From assembly GCA_964187785.1 (NCBI GenBank), contig OZ076409.1, forward strand, positions 64,792,001 to 64,856,000: a stretch of DNA of 64,000 nt. The letters run 5' to 3'. The position numbers were made by a program, and so were the translations under genes. Under the pieces are notes generated by a model. The model did not search any database. It had not been told where the DNA came from and saw nothing but the letters and a program-made list of their open reading frames with translations. The number at the start of each line of letters is the position of its first letter. Within the stretch, counting starts at the first letter, position 1. This document shows positions 34,096 to 47,444 of this stretch, in pieces. The DNA is from Amphiscolops sp. MND2022 (lineage: Eukaryota).

Positions 34096-37000
34096 AATTT
34101 TAAAGGTATTCCAGAGAAATCAGCTTCTTTGACTACTATTTTTTGATGTTTTTTCTTCACAACTCGTGATATTTTGATACAAAAGTGAAACCATGTGGTA
34201 TTGAATGTCGGAACCGAATGTTTCTCATAACAAACAACTTGTTTCGAAACATCGGACGGTCAAAAGGTGTATTGTTTTTGCCGCGTCGCTTGTTCAACAT
34301 GATGGTCGTCTCTACATGATGAGTACAGTACCTTTTTAATCTAGATGATGACCAAAAAACAAGTTTTTAAAGTTTTTCTGGTTTGCTTGTCATTTTGTAG
34401 TGTGCCTGTTTCGTAGCGTTAGGAAGCTAGGACTGCCCAGTCAACAAATATGATTAGGCAGTTCAATTTTTTACAGTTTTGTCTTTGTCTGGTGTTGCCA
34501 TATGTTTGCTAACGTTTCAAGCATCTTTTGATTGTTCCTTTTTTGTTCCAGGTCCTCGTTGGAGAATGCTGGCTTTTGCCTGGATGCTGCTGTGAATCAA
34601 TGTCGGAAGCTGATGCATGGAGTCGATGATGTTATCAAAAAGTTCACCGATGAACTCAACAGTTATGGAACTATATGTGTATATCGTGTTTTTTAATATT
34701 GGAATGATTTTTTCTCATATCATTTTCAATTGAAAGTTTTTTATGCCTAATTTTTCAGCCATTAGGGACGTGCAGGATTAGCAATACTGTTATCGACAAG
34801 ATTTTTTTTGAATAAGTGGAGATTTGGGCTAAGAAAAGGTCGTTTTTGAAGAAAATGTTTACAGTGTTGCATGGATTTTTTTTCAAAAATGCTTTAAGCT
34901 GCTTGGACATTTCTTCAAAGCACAGGGAAATGCTGCCTGGATTTTCCATGCTGCAGGGAAGTTTTGCAAGAATTTTCCATGCAGGGTCCCTGAATTTTCT
35001 ATGTTTTTTAAAAAATTAGCCTGCGCGCATTAATGCTGCATGTAAAAAGTTCCTGTAGTTTCGACTAGAGTAAGCTGTAGGAAGGGCCAATAGCTTTCTG
35101 TAGTGTTGTGACACAGTTTAAAGTTCAAATAAAAACGGACGAAAGAGTACTAAAACTTCCAAGACCAAAAAGTCTGTCTTATTGATTCAATTCAAACTGC
35201 ACAGGAGAAATCAGAGTCGAGATTAAACGAGACGACCGCTGAGCAGCGGAAGACTTTCCACCCCGAAATATTCTGGCAACAATATGGTCTCAAAAATCGA
35301 CCGTAGCCAATATTTCTTTCATTTTCTTTCAATAAGGATTCATCTTATCCTATTTTCGAAAAAGGACTCAATTTCTCTCTGAACAATAGTATACTGAGTA
35401 ACTCATTGTTCCATTGACAAACTCTGTGGATACTAATACTCAAACCTCCAATAAATGCAAAGCTATTGCAAAAACAGTCAACAGTTTATAATTCACCAAA
35501 TCTGCATGGTCGGGGATTCACCATTTCTGATTTTCGAAGTCGGTAGCCTTCCCAACAAATCTTCCCATAGCAAGATACAGTATCACAGTTGCAGCAACCT
35601 GGTCAAGCTATGGTCGGCTTGAGCCTGTGATTTCGAAGTGCTTGCTCTGGGTCACAGGAGTGACTGCTCCTCCTGGGTTTCGCAATTTTCCATTCCCCGC
35701 CAAACTTTGTAACTTGATATCGCATCAATCAGATCTAATGCTGCAACCACTATATTATTATGCCCAAAAACAACAAACTTTGGTTATATTCAATCAATTT
35801 GGGAATGAAAAACTATTTTCAAAAACACAAAAGTTTGCTACATAGCAAATAATTTGGCGTTACAACCCTTTGGGTTTTCAAACCCACGCAAAAATTCAAA
35901 GGTGAATTTCAATTTTTGGTTCTTTTAGACACTGTTATCTTCAAAAACACGCTAAATAATCACCAATTTCGTGTTTTAACTCTGTTTATATGTATAGTCC
36001 TGATAACGTCTCAAATTTGTTCACAAAATGGATAAGAGTGTTATAAACCGAACGTTTTGTCTTTTTCAGTACTTTTCACTAACTGTTTCAGAAGTATTTT
36101 CATTGGCTATACCTTTTGTCTTTACACACTATTTGTAAATAATCATAACAACAAGAATAAACTAAGTTTTCATACCTATCAAATTGCTCAAAAGTTGCTG
36201 AAAACAGTCGAATATTGAGTAAAAACAATTTGTGACGTTTTTGAACAAAAACCATTCCTTTCAAAAGGCGAACAGGAAAGCAGTTCGCCAATGTAGATAG
36301 CTCAGGATCTTCCCATTTACGACAACATTCCAAAACTGTGCAAATGAGTTGTTGGAAAAAAATTCAGGAAGTTTGACATTTTGAAGTCATTTTGGTGGAC
36401 TTCTTTCGATCAAAAACTTTCCACTGAAAAGCAAAGTGTATAGTTTCAAAGTGGATGTTCTACTCAGCAAAAATTTTGGAAAACTGCACGAAACTTGCAA
36501 AAAGTTTGCTAAAAAATAGGGCTTATTGAGGCACTTTTCCTTACACAAACCTACTTTGATCAAAAAGCGAACTGGATAACTTTCGGGTTTTCAGGTTTTT
36601 TAACTTTCAAGCTTTTGTAACACAAAAATAATCAAAACCTTTGCAGAAATTGTACAAAAATGTCAGAAAACGAAAAATGGAGTTTCGACTGCTTTGAGTT
36701 AATTTCCGAGAAGTTCGAGTTATTTCCAGAAAACAACTAAAACTCTTTACAAGTAAGTATCCGACGAAACTATCTTTTTGGTCGCTGGTCATTGAAACTG
36801 TGGAATCATCTTCATCATTTGAGCATAAACTTGGAACATGGCCGTTTTTGGCCATAATTTGTAATTTTTTGCCCATATAGAATGAAGAACAAAAAAATAA
36901 GTGTTTCGATTGATAGTCGCCATGCCAAACTACAGCCAAAACGTTTCAGCTGTGGTGTTGTGTACTTCATAATGGATGTTCCTTGTGTTCATTATAAGGA

Positions 37001-37864
37001 AGTAGAGATAAAGTAGCTGGAATATTCTATTGAACTAAGCGACGGTTATTAAGCCTTTAGGTAGTTATTTCTGGAAATCTTACTACGTTATTCGACACCA
37101 AAAGATTCAACGTTTTTTGTATTTATAGTGTTGACTTGGAGTTCCTTCTATGCTGACTGAAACATGGAACTAATGTCGGTCATCTTTGATCATTTTCGGT
37201 AATGGAAGAAACAATTTGACCGAAAAGTCAATATTACGAAATCTAGAAACTTTTTGTGTCCAAAAGTTTAGTAGGTTAACTTTTTCTATTCTTTCAATCA
37301 GAGGAACGTACATTCAATGTTACGTCTGAATTTGTTTGCAATCGTTTTCATTTTATAGGAATTATTCTGGAGTGTTTTCCAGCTTGATGGATAAATGCTT
37401 GTCCCCATTGCTCGGATTGAATTTCTGAGAAAACAAGTATTAGAGTGAAAAGCTGATCTTTTTAGTTTTTAGGTTACTTAGCGTGGCTGAGGGGCGGTTA
37501 GAGTGGCCTGAAAAGATAGAGGAGAGACCAAAGGACGTTTTTTTAGGGCTATGCGAGTTTTTTTCGAAAATTTTCAATTTTACCAAAGAGTAGCCATTTT
37601 GAATTGATTAGCACCGAAAAGTGTTTTATGGCATCTAGATATTTTTTGAGTTCGTTGGCCCTGTGCATTTTTTTTCTTGGAAAAGAGTTGTTTCTACAAT
37701 TTGTTAAAAGCGTTTTTCGAGTCACAAGTGTACCCAACTTGGTTAGTTTTCAGTACTGTGAATTTTCACAAAAATTGTTCTTGGGCATATTCAATTGATC
37801 CTTTTGAGCCTTAAGCGAGGCGCCGAGTTGGGGCGTTGTGGCATGTTTTTTGTATGAAAGCATC

Positions 37865-40800
37865 TTAAAAAAATCTGACTTTTGGGTTATGTGGTTTTGA
37901 TATCCTTATATGTGAAACTTGCTTCAAACCATTGTACGACTGGTTTCGTGCATAGTTTAAAACACGAGCTGGACCATATTTCCTGCTTTTGTCTCTGATA
38001 AAATCTAACGATTTGTTAGTGAAAAACCTATGATCTGGAAACAAATGTTTCCATTGAAGCTTTGAACTTTTGAGCCCATAAAACTCAATGTTACCACTAT
38101 AAGGTGTTATATTAGAATAAAACATGTCGAACAACCTACCATACTGTAATGAATGAATTGGACCCCTGATTGTAAAAAATGATTTGGACAAAAATTAGGT
38201 TAGCTGGAAAGCTGTTGGTTGATGACCTGAAAGGACAGTAAGGTCGGAGACGTAAACAGATGATTGAACTATTAATTAGCAAAGCAGGTTATTGAGTGTT
38301 GAAGAACTTTTGCTTATAAACACGTGCTTCCTATTACTATATATTTGTCCTGTTAATTATTTGTTTGTAATTATCATCGACCAGTGTTCAGATACGTTCA
38401 TTACCCCAGATGTGATTCTAATTTTCAGTTGACTATTAACTAATCTATGTTTTCTTCATGTACGCGAAACACTGCGCGATAGACTGAATCCTGATCGTAA
38501 CAAGTTATAATGCCCAAGTGTGAATTGAACAGAGACAATTCGCGTACAACAGCCCGCTCATCTCAATCAATTGCAGACTGAAAACTTGTTTCCAACAGAA
38601 AGAACCTCGATAAAGAACGTTTTCCTGTGTCAAAATGCAAGAATGAAGTGGCTCTGTTTCTCTGGAAAACAAGAAGACTTCGCAACATGGAGTACTCAGT
38701 TAATCGCCTATGTTCTAACGAGAAATCTTTTTGAAACACTTGCCTGCACAGCAGTGCAACCAGTTGAACCTGCAACATTGGGAAACGCTTCGACGAATGA
38801 GCAGAGAGAGGCTCAAGGAGTTGCAATAGAGGAATTTGAAAAGAATAAGAAGAAATTCCGAGACGAAAAAATCAGTGATGCATGCTGGCTCTGACCCTTG
38901 ACTCGACAAGTCTACTGCTGATACGACATGACTGTGTTGAAAAAGATGGCCTTCAAACAAAGATTCAGAAGTGAAGACTCACCAACAGTTGTGGCTCTTG
39001 TATCTCAAATCGCGAGAATGCGACTGAAACAAGACGAGGCACTGCACGAGTATTTCATCAGAGCACAAGAATTGATGACAAGACTGAGTTGAGTAATGCT
39101 GGTGATTTCGGAGACGATATTCATGGCGTTGGTTCTCAATAGTCTTCCGGAGAGATTCAAGAATTTTGTGGTGCAGGAAAATTTCAATCCAACTTCACTG
39201 AATTGAGATCGAGATTGACAAACTACGAGGACAGCTGCAAACAACGCAATGCCGAAGAAGAGCAGCAAAATCAGCATGTCGCAATGCCGTCAAGGGGGGA
39301 ATTCGAGAGAAGTAGCAGTAAGTCAAAGAAATTTGATTACTAAATAAGCATAAGCCAGAGGAAAACAAGCGATTGAGTTGTAATTGCTGTGGTAAAGTAG
39401 GTCATATAGCGAAAAGTTGTTTTATTTTGAGAAACAAAGCAGAATGTCAAAAATGTGTTGAAAAAGATCATTTAGACGTTATTGTAGGAGTCAGAGTACG
39501 GAAAAACTGCCGTACAAATGCCCAACTCTCAACGTCTTCTTCAATTCACCTAAGTTCAGGGAGCAAAAGGGTGAGTAAAGACAACGTTTTCATTGACTCA
39601 GGTTGCACAGATCACATTCTGATACACCGGAAACTTTTCCAAAACCTCCAAGAGATAACGTCTAGCGTGAAAAACCGAGATGGAAGTTTTTGAAAATTTC
39701 AAGGCATTAGAGACGTTCAAGTTGAACTTGGTAACGGAAAAGGACACGTTGATAATGAATGATGTTCTTCTAGTACCAGGTTGAGAAACTAATTTGGTTT
39801 CAGTGTCAAAATTTGTCGAAAAAGACACCTATTTGAGTTCAGCTCGAACTGTTCGCAATTGGAAACTCAGAGAGGTGCAAACTACAGAAATGATAGAGAA
39901 GGAAGTCATTAAACTTTTCAGATGAAACTAGTTGACAAACCTTCGAGCTTTGCTACACAATTAGTTTGAATACGTAGAAAGAATGACTGTTTTGGAAACA
40001 TGGCACAAAAGATTAGGTCATGCTAATAAACGAAGTAGAAGACTCACTGTACCTAGTTTGAAGAAGTTTGAGCTCTTTTGCGAAACGTGTGCACCTTGTA
40101 TATTCACGAGACGCCAGTACCTCGTGAAGCAGCTTCCAAAGCTAGTAAGAAGTTAGGAAGAGTGTATACTGACATAATGGGGCCCATTGAACCCGCAAGT
40201 ACCAATGGTTACCGATATGCAATCAGAGTGATAACGCAAGCGAGTACAAAAGTCAAAGTTTTCAAAAGTTTCGCGTTGAGAACAAGATGAAGAGTGAATT
40301 CACAGTTCCGGTTGTAGTCCATCTTACATTGTTCAAGAGATTACTTCAGGCAAAAGTCATTTTGCGACAAAATACTGTTTTCAATGAGAAAGAGATAACA
40401 AGCTCAGATTCCAGCGGAGACAGCGTTGTTAGGTCAGAAGACGTTCCCATTGTTGATGTTTTTGAAGACCTTGCAGAAAAGAAGTCAAATTAAAACTCAA
40501 CTAATCAAGAGAATGTTGAAATTGCAAATTTGCATACAAATGCCCAAAGAGAAGAACAATCCGATGGAGTCGAAAGTCTCGATTATGATCAAGCAATATT
40601 TGAGGTAAGCAATGATGCCAATAAAAATCAATTAGTTGAAAAAAGAGACTGAAGAAAATTGCAAACGAGCACAAAGTACTTCGAGCAAACCTAACGTCAA
40701 TGACTGTCAGTTATTCTCGGATGACAAACGTTCAGATGTCTAGCTCGTGAAAACACTGTTGATCGCTCAGCAGCGAGTGAGAAGAACGAAAAATCAACGT

Positions 40801-42930
40801 AAAAGTTTTTTGGAGGAGAGGATTTCAAAATAGAAGCGTACCAACTATATATGGTACAACATACACCCATACGAGTGAGAAAGTAGACATTTTTGTGCGA
40901 AATACATATCGCGAAGCTTTTGAAACCTCAGACAAAACATTATGGTTTGAAGCAATGCAGCAAGAAATGAACACATTTGCTGAAAATGAAACTTGGATTT
41001 TGGTAGAGAGACCAAAGGATAAAAATGTGATAAACGGATTATGGGTCTTCAAAGTGAAACAGAACGATGGAGGCAAAATAGACAAATGTAAAGCAAGATA
41101 TGTAGCTAAGGACTATGCCCAAGATAAAGAATTAGATTCGTATGAAACATGCGCACCAACATATCGACGCGAAGCATTCAGGTCAGTAATAGCAATACCA
41201 GCAAATAAAAAAGTTGTCATGGAGCAAACGGATGTAAAGTCTGCCTACTTACATTCTGCAACACAAGAAGATTTTTACCTAGAGCAACCTGAAGGATTTG
41301 AGAAAGGAATCGACTCAGTGTGTAATTTGAGAAACTCGTTATATGGATTGGGACAAGCTGCAAAGAATTGGTAAAAAAAGTTATATGACTTTTTGCTAGA
41401 AAAAGGATTGACAAAAAGTGCAAACGAACCGTGTCTTTTTAAACAAAAAAGTCAAGACAACTTTTTGTATATTTAACGTGCGTAGATGATATTCTGAGAA
41501 TGGGAAGTATACTTCAAAAAAATCAAAAACTGAAATATAGTCATTCCCAAACAATTAAAATGGGAGATTGAGGCAAACTCAAACATTTCTTAGGACTGAG
41601 GATTAGCCAAAATGAAGATCAAAAGTTCAAAGAGGAAATGTTCACTTAAAACGTGCTTTGAAGGTTCGGAATGGAAGATTGTAAGTCTATTAGAACTCCA
41701 GCTGTAATGAATCTGAAGTTAGACAAAAGTAGCAAACCAAGTAGAGATTAAAACCTAACAGCCAATAGGAGTTTGGTTGGATCATTGCTTTATGTGTCAA
41801 TACAAACAAGACCTGATATCACTTGGATTACGATTCAGTTATCGCTTCATATGCAAAATCCTACGCAGCAACATTGGGTTGCAGCAAAAATACTTTTGCG
41901 AAATCGGCAAATCACGAAGACAATGAATATTGCTTATGAATGAAATTGCGACCTAATACTTCAAGGTGCATCAGATGCTTATTGGAGTGGTGGTGCATCA
42001 GATCGGAAATCAACCATTGGATTCTATCACAATTTTAGTGACAATGGGGAGCAACAAGTCGGAACTGCAAAAAAAGCAAAACAGAGTTGCCTTATCAAGT
42101 TGTGAAGCAGAGTACAAAGGAATGTGCGCAGCAGTTCATGAAGCGATCTTTTTGAGACAACTATTGGCAGATTTGTTCATTCCGCAGGTGAAACCAACAC
42201 AAATTGCGGAAGAAAAACAGAGTTGCATGAAATTCTGTATCAACCCAGTATTTCATAAAAGGTCGAAACACGTGTCGACGAAACTACACTTTATCAGAGA
42301 AACTGGAAAATAGAATTGTGGAAATATTCTATCAACCAACCGAAGAAATGGCAGCAGATATTTTCACCAAAGCACTGGGAAAATTGAGGCATGAGAAGCA
42401 TCGAAACTATTTACTTGGAGAACACCAGCTGAAAGATGCAGACTTATCCTATAGAGGGAATTTACCCGGAAAAGTCTGAGTGGGGGTGTTTAGGTGATGA
42501 CATAAAAGGACAGAATAATGTCCGAGGAGTAAACAGATGATTGAACTAGTAATTAGCAAAGCAAGCGTGAAAACTTATCGACCCGTTGATGAGTAAATTT
42601 TGCTAATGAACACGTGCTTCCTATTACTATTTATTTGTCCTGTTAAGTATTTGTTTGTAGTTGTCATCGAACAGAGTTGAGATTGTTTCAATACTCCAGA
42701 TTTGTGATTCTAATATTCAGTTGACTATTACCTAATCTCTGTTTTCTTCACGCTACGCGAAACACTGCTCGATAGACTAAATCCTGATCGTAACCAAACC
42801 CGAGTTATTCTGGAGGTCATCAAAAAAACTTGATCAGTTATTATAAAATTTGAGAAAACACTTCAGAATCAGTTTTGCAAACACTTTTGTAGCATTGTAG
42901 TATCACTTTGAACAACTTGTATTTACTTCT
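37865..42930 (-). pseudogene. Decayed minus-strand coding exon split by the Copia element
   Basis: The minus frame ...SSFFDDLQNNSG (right of Copia) continues in frame as FQLT*FLSKSFFTIRGPIHSLQYGRLFDMF... (ORF 37865-38191) once the Copia and one TSD copy are removed. Several stops are present. Confidence 0.3.
38213..42795 (+). mobile_element. Ty1/Copia LTR retrotransposon (decayed)
   Basis: LTRs at 38213-38502 and 42487-42795, TSD AAAGC/AAACC, PBS AGTTATAATGCCCAAG (degenerate copia GGTTATGGGCCCAG) and PPT GAGTGGGGG. Motifs: gag FSGKQEDFATW, CCHC CNCCGKVGHIAKSC, protease IDSGCTDH, IN WHKRLGH/TDIMGP (core deleted), RT WVFKVK..KARYVAK/DVKSAYL, RNase H ALSSCEAEY/FHKRSKH. Confidence 0.93.
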
Positions 42931-43860
42931 AAGTACTGATGTAGAGCAAGTTTATGCACATTTACACGTCTCACAGACCCGATTTGGTTTTATAAGTTCA
43001 AGTTTCTTCCTCTGAAATGTCCTGTTCAAGGTTTTTTTTCGAAACATTGAAATGAAAATTAATCAAGTGAAAAATTTTTGTTGGAAAAGCGTCTGAAAGA
43101 TTGAAATTGAATTTTTTCAACTGTCAAGGCTTTCGAAATTCGAAATACAATAAATTAAAAACGAAATCAGTAGTAAAATGCATTGTTTCCAAGTTTTTGT
43201 CTTTTGATCGCAGAGTTTTCAAACAGAAATGTTTGTAATCAACATTAAAATTCATGAACGTTTTATTTTACAGTTTTCGATAATACTTTTTTCGTTCAGA
43301 AGATTTTGGTCTCCTTAAATTGAGTCCAAATCAATTTTAACAATCACAGGTCAATTCTTTTATTACAGTATCGTATTGCTGATGAGTTTTTACGTTGTTT
43401 GTCTCTCGCTGAAGTATTTTTCTGATTTCACCTAAAAGCATTTTGTCTGATTGGACATAAATATTGCAGAACAAATGCGCGTTTTTAATGTTTCCGAGCC
43501 TTAAGTTGACCACGGAACTTTGCTGTGCCCGATTCATCATTTCTATTCTTGTACTTACTATCAGGAAGAAATGTTCTCATCGATGAGAACGCTTACCCCG
43601 CGAGCACTAAAAGCCTTACAATTACATCTTAATAAATTGAAATTTTCGATTGTAGAGACAAAAAAATTAATGTTTTTTACGTTGCTTCGGATAAGGAAAA
43701 GACGTAGTCAAGCTGATGGCTGCTTTTCAAAAAATGTTCTTTTGTGTTCAATTTTGTCCTTTTTATTTCAGTTGGAGAGAGGTCGAGTTGAGGAGTGCAG
43801 TAATTTTAATTCATGGGTGATTGGGTTATTTTGGAGTTGGAGAAAGGACTCCTGTCACCA

Positions 43861-44252
43861 TGTTTTGACTTTGGTCGGCGAGCGGTTAGCTTCATTTTAG
43901 TTTTCAATTCAGTTTCTAAGATGCGTCATTAGGCCTCACTAAGTTTCTCCAAATTGAAAATAAAGAGAGCAAAAATTTATTACAAGTGATTATGAAAGCT
44001 CAAGTGTTTTCAAGAGATTTATAAAAGATTTTGAGAGTAAAGTTTTGAAATTAGATTCAAGAGCATAAGTACTATACAACTGGTTTTATTGTCTCTGTTC
44101 TCGTCTTATGAGTTGCTCTGGTTTGAGTTGCTGTATTTCTTATCGTTTGCTGGTCTTCTCTGATTGATCGAGTGTTGTGATTCGTCCACATCTTCTTTAG
44201 GTAGGTCCGTTGATCGAATTTTTGTTATAGATCCTTGATGAGAATCATAATA
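43861..44252 (-). repeat. 3' LTR of Gypsy-2 (~390 bp)
   Basis: Highly similar to 58842-59227. On the minus strand it is preceded by a short purine-rich GCGGGTAG. Confidence 0.85.
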
Positions 44253-44925
44253 CTACCCGCGGAAGAAGGAGGAGTCAAGAGTTGAAAGGAAAAATGCAGA
44301 GAAGGACCAGACAGCAAAACAGCACCGAAGGACGAGTGATGAAGCGGCAGGCATGTTAACAAAAATGACAAGAGGAAGAGCGCTCACAAGAACACAGAGA
44401 AAAAAATGAAAGGAGATATAAGAATACATAGGTAAACAGAAAGAAGGATGGGGGCCTCGACTTAAAAAGGAGAAAGAGGAAGAAATCAAAAAGAAAGAAA
44501 TAGGGGCCAAATGGGGGGCCAGAAGGAAGTATGTGCTGAGTAAACGCTAGTGCGATAAATATGGTGAGTTATACATTAATAAAAGGTACAGTGAAGAAAT
44601 AGTAGGAATGATGAATGTTTAGCAAAAGCAAAAGAAGAGAGGAAGTTGGCACAAATGTGCAGGTAAAGGGACTCATGGGGGCGGAAGAGCGAAATAACAA
44701 ATGTGAGTGATTGAGCACAGCATATGGGAGCAAGAGAGAGATGTTAGAACTAGGCAAATATACTGAGTGAGGTGGGTTTGGACGGTGAACATACGTGACC
44801 GAATGTCAAGAAGGTTGATGTAACAGAGGTCTCAAGATGGATTGGTGAAATTGTTTACATGATTTCAACAAGCAAACAAAGATCTCTTGAGAGGGCGAAG
44901 CACAGAAAAGCAAAAGTAGTGCAAG

Positions 44926-47078
44926 TTATGCCTGTAAAAAACTTGTGTCCCAAAAATGGGGAAAAAGAGCTTTAACTGGAAACGGAGGGGGAATTTTCAT
45001 GTATGTCAGCGTAAGGATTTTCAGGGACTGAAGAGGCCCGGTTTTGGGTGATTGTTGAACGTTGCATAAGGCAAGTTTTCTTGCATACTTCAGGGTCATT
45101 TTTGATTTCATGGTAATCACAATCTTCAACAGAAAGGACAGGTTTCAAACGAATAAGATTATCGCGCCTCGGTTGACGCGGACGAAGTGGCAACATTTTC
45201 CGATAGTGCTGAACTCGATGGTAGATGTAACCCACGAGGAGATGAACAAGCATCGAGATGACGAAGCTGGCAATTGCCATCCAGATCTAGGTGGTGAAGT
45301 TTGACACGGAGGACAATTGTCCCCGAAGGGGGCGTTTTAAATCAACCATTTTCATCGCAATAGGTTGTGCAGGAGCCTTGATATCTTCGGAGGAAGACAT
45401 TTGAGACATTGTCAGAAAAGTCACATCATTCTGGAGAGTTTGGATCAAGTCTAAATTCGCTGAGGTTTCAGTGTTGAAAGTAGGCAACACATCCAGAGGC
45501 GGCAAGACACAAGGTAATTCGTCAAGAGCAGGCGGAAGATCCACGTGAATGAATGTCGGTAGAACAATTCTACAGCTGGAGAGATCAGAGAAGATAGTAA
45601 GGTCAGGTTCCTGGAGTTTATGACCACAGGCTATTGTGTTAATGCAGATGTGACCACCGTCATAGGAGGTGACTGGAAGCGGCGACGGGGCATCTACATT
45701 AAATTCGTGCATTTGAAAATCATCAGTGGCACGTTCGATTAGCCAGATGCCATACTTAAGGTTAGTGGCGCGGGCCTTCGAGGGAAAGACATGAGGTCGA
45801 AAAGAACAAAATTTCATAGCATGCAAAAGGTTCTCAAAGAAGAGCGCATGGATAGGCATTAGGAGTCTCACCACCGCAGCCAGAAACGGTGCAGTTAGGT
45901 CCCACGTAATGGCGACTCCAGGGGAAACCGGCTGGGGCAAAGGCTAAGGAATGGACTCATAGATTGTAAACGTCGTTTGTAAAGAAGCCAAAGGGAAAGA
46001 CATGGTCAAAAGCAGTCTGTGTGGGAGTGTATTAACGTCACGCAATATTTTGCTTCGTAATAAGAAAGAAGATGTTCAAAAGGAAAAGCTAGAGACAAAT
46101 GGTCAGTAGCATAAATCTGGTTGTAATCTACAACTTCTATGATTTTTCGAAGAGACTCTCGATCGAGAAGCAACATAATTACATAATGGGATAAAAGCGC
46201 AGGAACGCTATTCAACATATTGATAAGATATGCAAAGAGCGCAGCTCTATAGGCTTTAATGTTCGAATAGTTTAACGAAAGAAGTGATGCAACTGGATCG
46301 AAGTTAAAACTAACTCGTTGTCGCGAGTATAGGAGCTGATGACAATTGCACATTTCATGTATATTATTCTTGAAAATCTGTAGCTGTTCCTATATGAGTT
46401 TCCAGGTAGCATTTTGAGTGTCCTGCATCTGATCTGTTCCATTTTTCAGGTGATGGACACTGGAGAAGAACCGTTCTGACATATCAAACAAACGATCGAT
46501 GGCTTGGTCATTTTCACGGGCTTGGCAAGTTCCAAAGATGCCTGCCATGCCACAATCACTTGTTCCGAGAGCGACTCCTGATCCGAAAACACTAATAGCG
46601 CCTGCAGCAATGGCTGCAAGAGGAAGGGCGCGTTTACTTCTATGTTGCGGTGCCTCATATGTCGATGGAGTCACGAAAGGGGCGGTCGCAGTGAGGAGGT
46701 TGTGGAGGTCTATCTCGGCGGCGGGAATTTCGCTGTGAACTTCATCCAGAAGCCATTTTACATTGAAACCTTCCATAGACAAATTGAAAGTGTAATTGAG
46801 ATGGCAGAAGAAACTGGGCAGACACATTGTTGCGAGCGTCAACGTGAGATCATCTAGATCCTTTCATATTTGTATTGAGAACGTAAGAAACGGCAATAGA
46901 AAGTGTTATCATTAAATTTTTCTATCAACAATAAATTTTTTTGCTCATGAAAAATATTGCCTTATTTAAGGGCGCTGGCTGTATCATCGTAGGACCTGAC
47001 AGGAGTTTGAAAACTTGCTATTTGCAACAAGAGAAAAAAGGAGAAAATTTGGAACATTCCAGTCAGCAGCGGTGACAT
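44926..47078 (-). pseudogene. env: env-like class I fusion glycoprotein (frameshifted)
   Basis: Signal-peptide-like MFQIFSFFLLLQIA, furin site RSKR (46630-46641) followed by the fusion-peptide-like ALPLAAIAAGAISVFGSGVALG, a heptad/helical region, a Cys-rich ectodomain, and the C-terminal TM MAIASFVISMLVHLLVGYIY. Confidence 0.8.
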
Positions 47079-47444
47079 TTTGAATATTCACGAAAAGTCA
47101 GAAATTTGATATTTATGATCGGTGAAAGAAACTAATTGGAATAACAACGTTGCTTTGTCAAGATGGTTTGATTTGGAGTTGTGATTTCAAAGAAACAAAA
47201 TTGAACAAAAGGTACGTGGTCAAAAATCGGACGATGGAAATCTAAACGAAGTACACAGGATGTTTGAAGGTTTACTGAAAATCTAGTAAGAAATCAGAGT
47301 AGAAGCGAAAAATCAAATAGAGTGAAAAACATTTTGTTGTCTTACTTTCGTGCCGTCAAGTTGAGTGTATTTGCGTGTTTAGCTGATTGTTGTTATTCTA
47401 CAGCTAAACGGAAGAGCTAATCTAAAGTAAGTCATGTCTAATGT

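Larger units (their letters stand above)
21013..34781 (+). pseudogene. Remnant of a multi-exon host gene of unknown function, disrupted by the Gypsy insertion
   Basis: Removing 21097-31032 joins one open frame, MSFIQRIEHLSKLLISILQTFAEIFLG|LNDDYQFRPIRMELTRLLIRYSTDKA. Downstream AG/GT-bounded exons 32616-32662, 34552-34676 and 34759-34781 splice in phase to ...KFSMSSLENAGFCLDAAVNQCRKLMHGVDDVIKKFTDELNSYGTISIRDVQD*. Confidence 0.45.
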
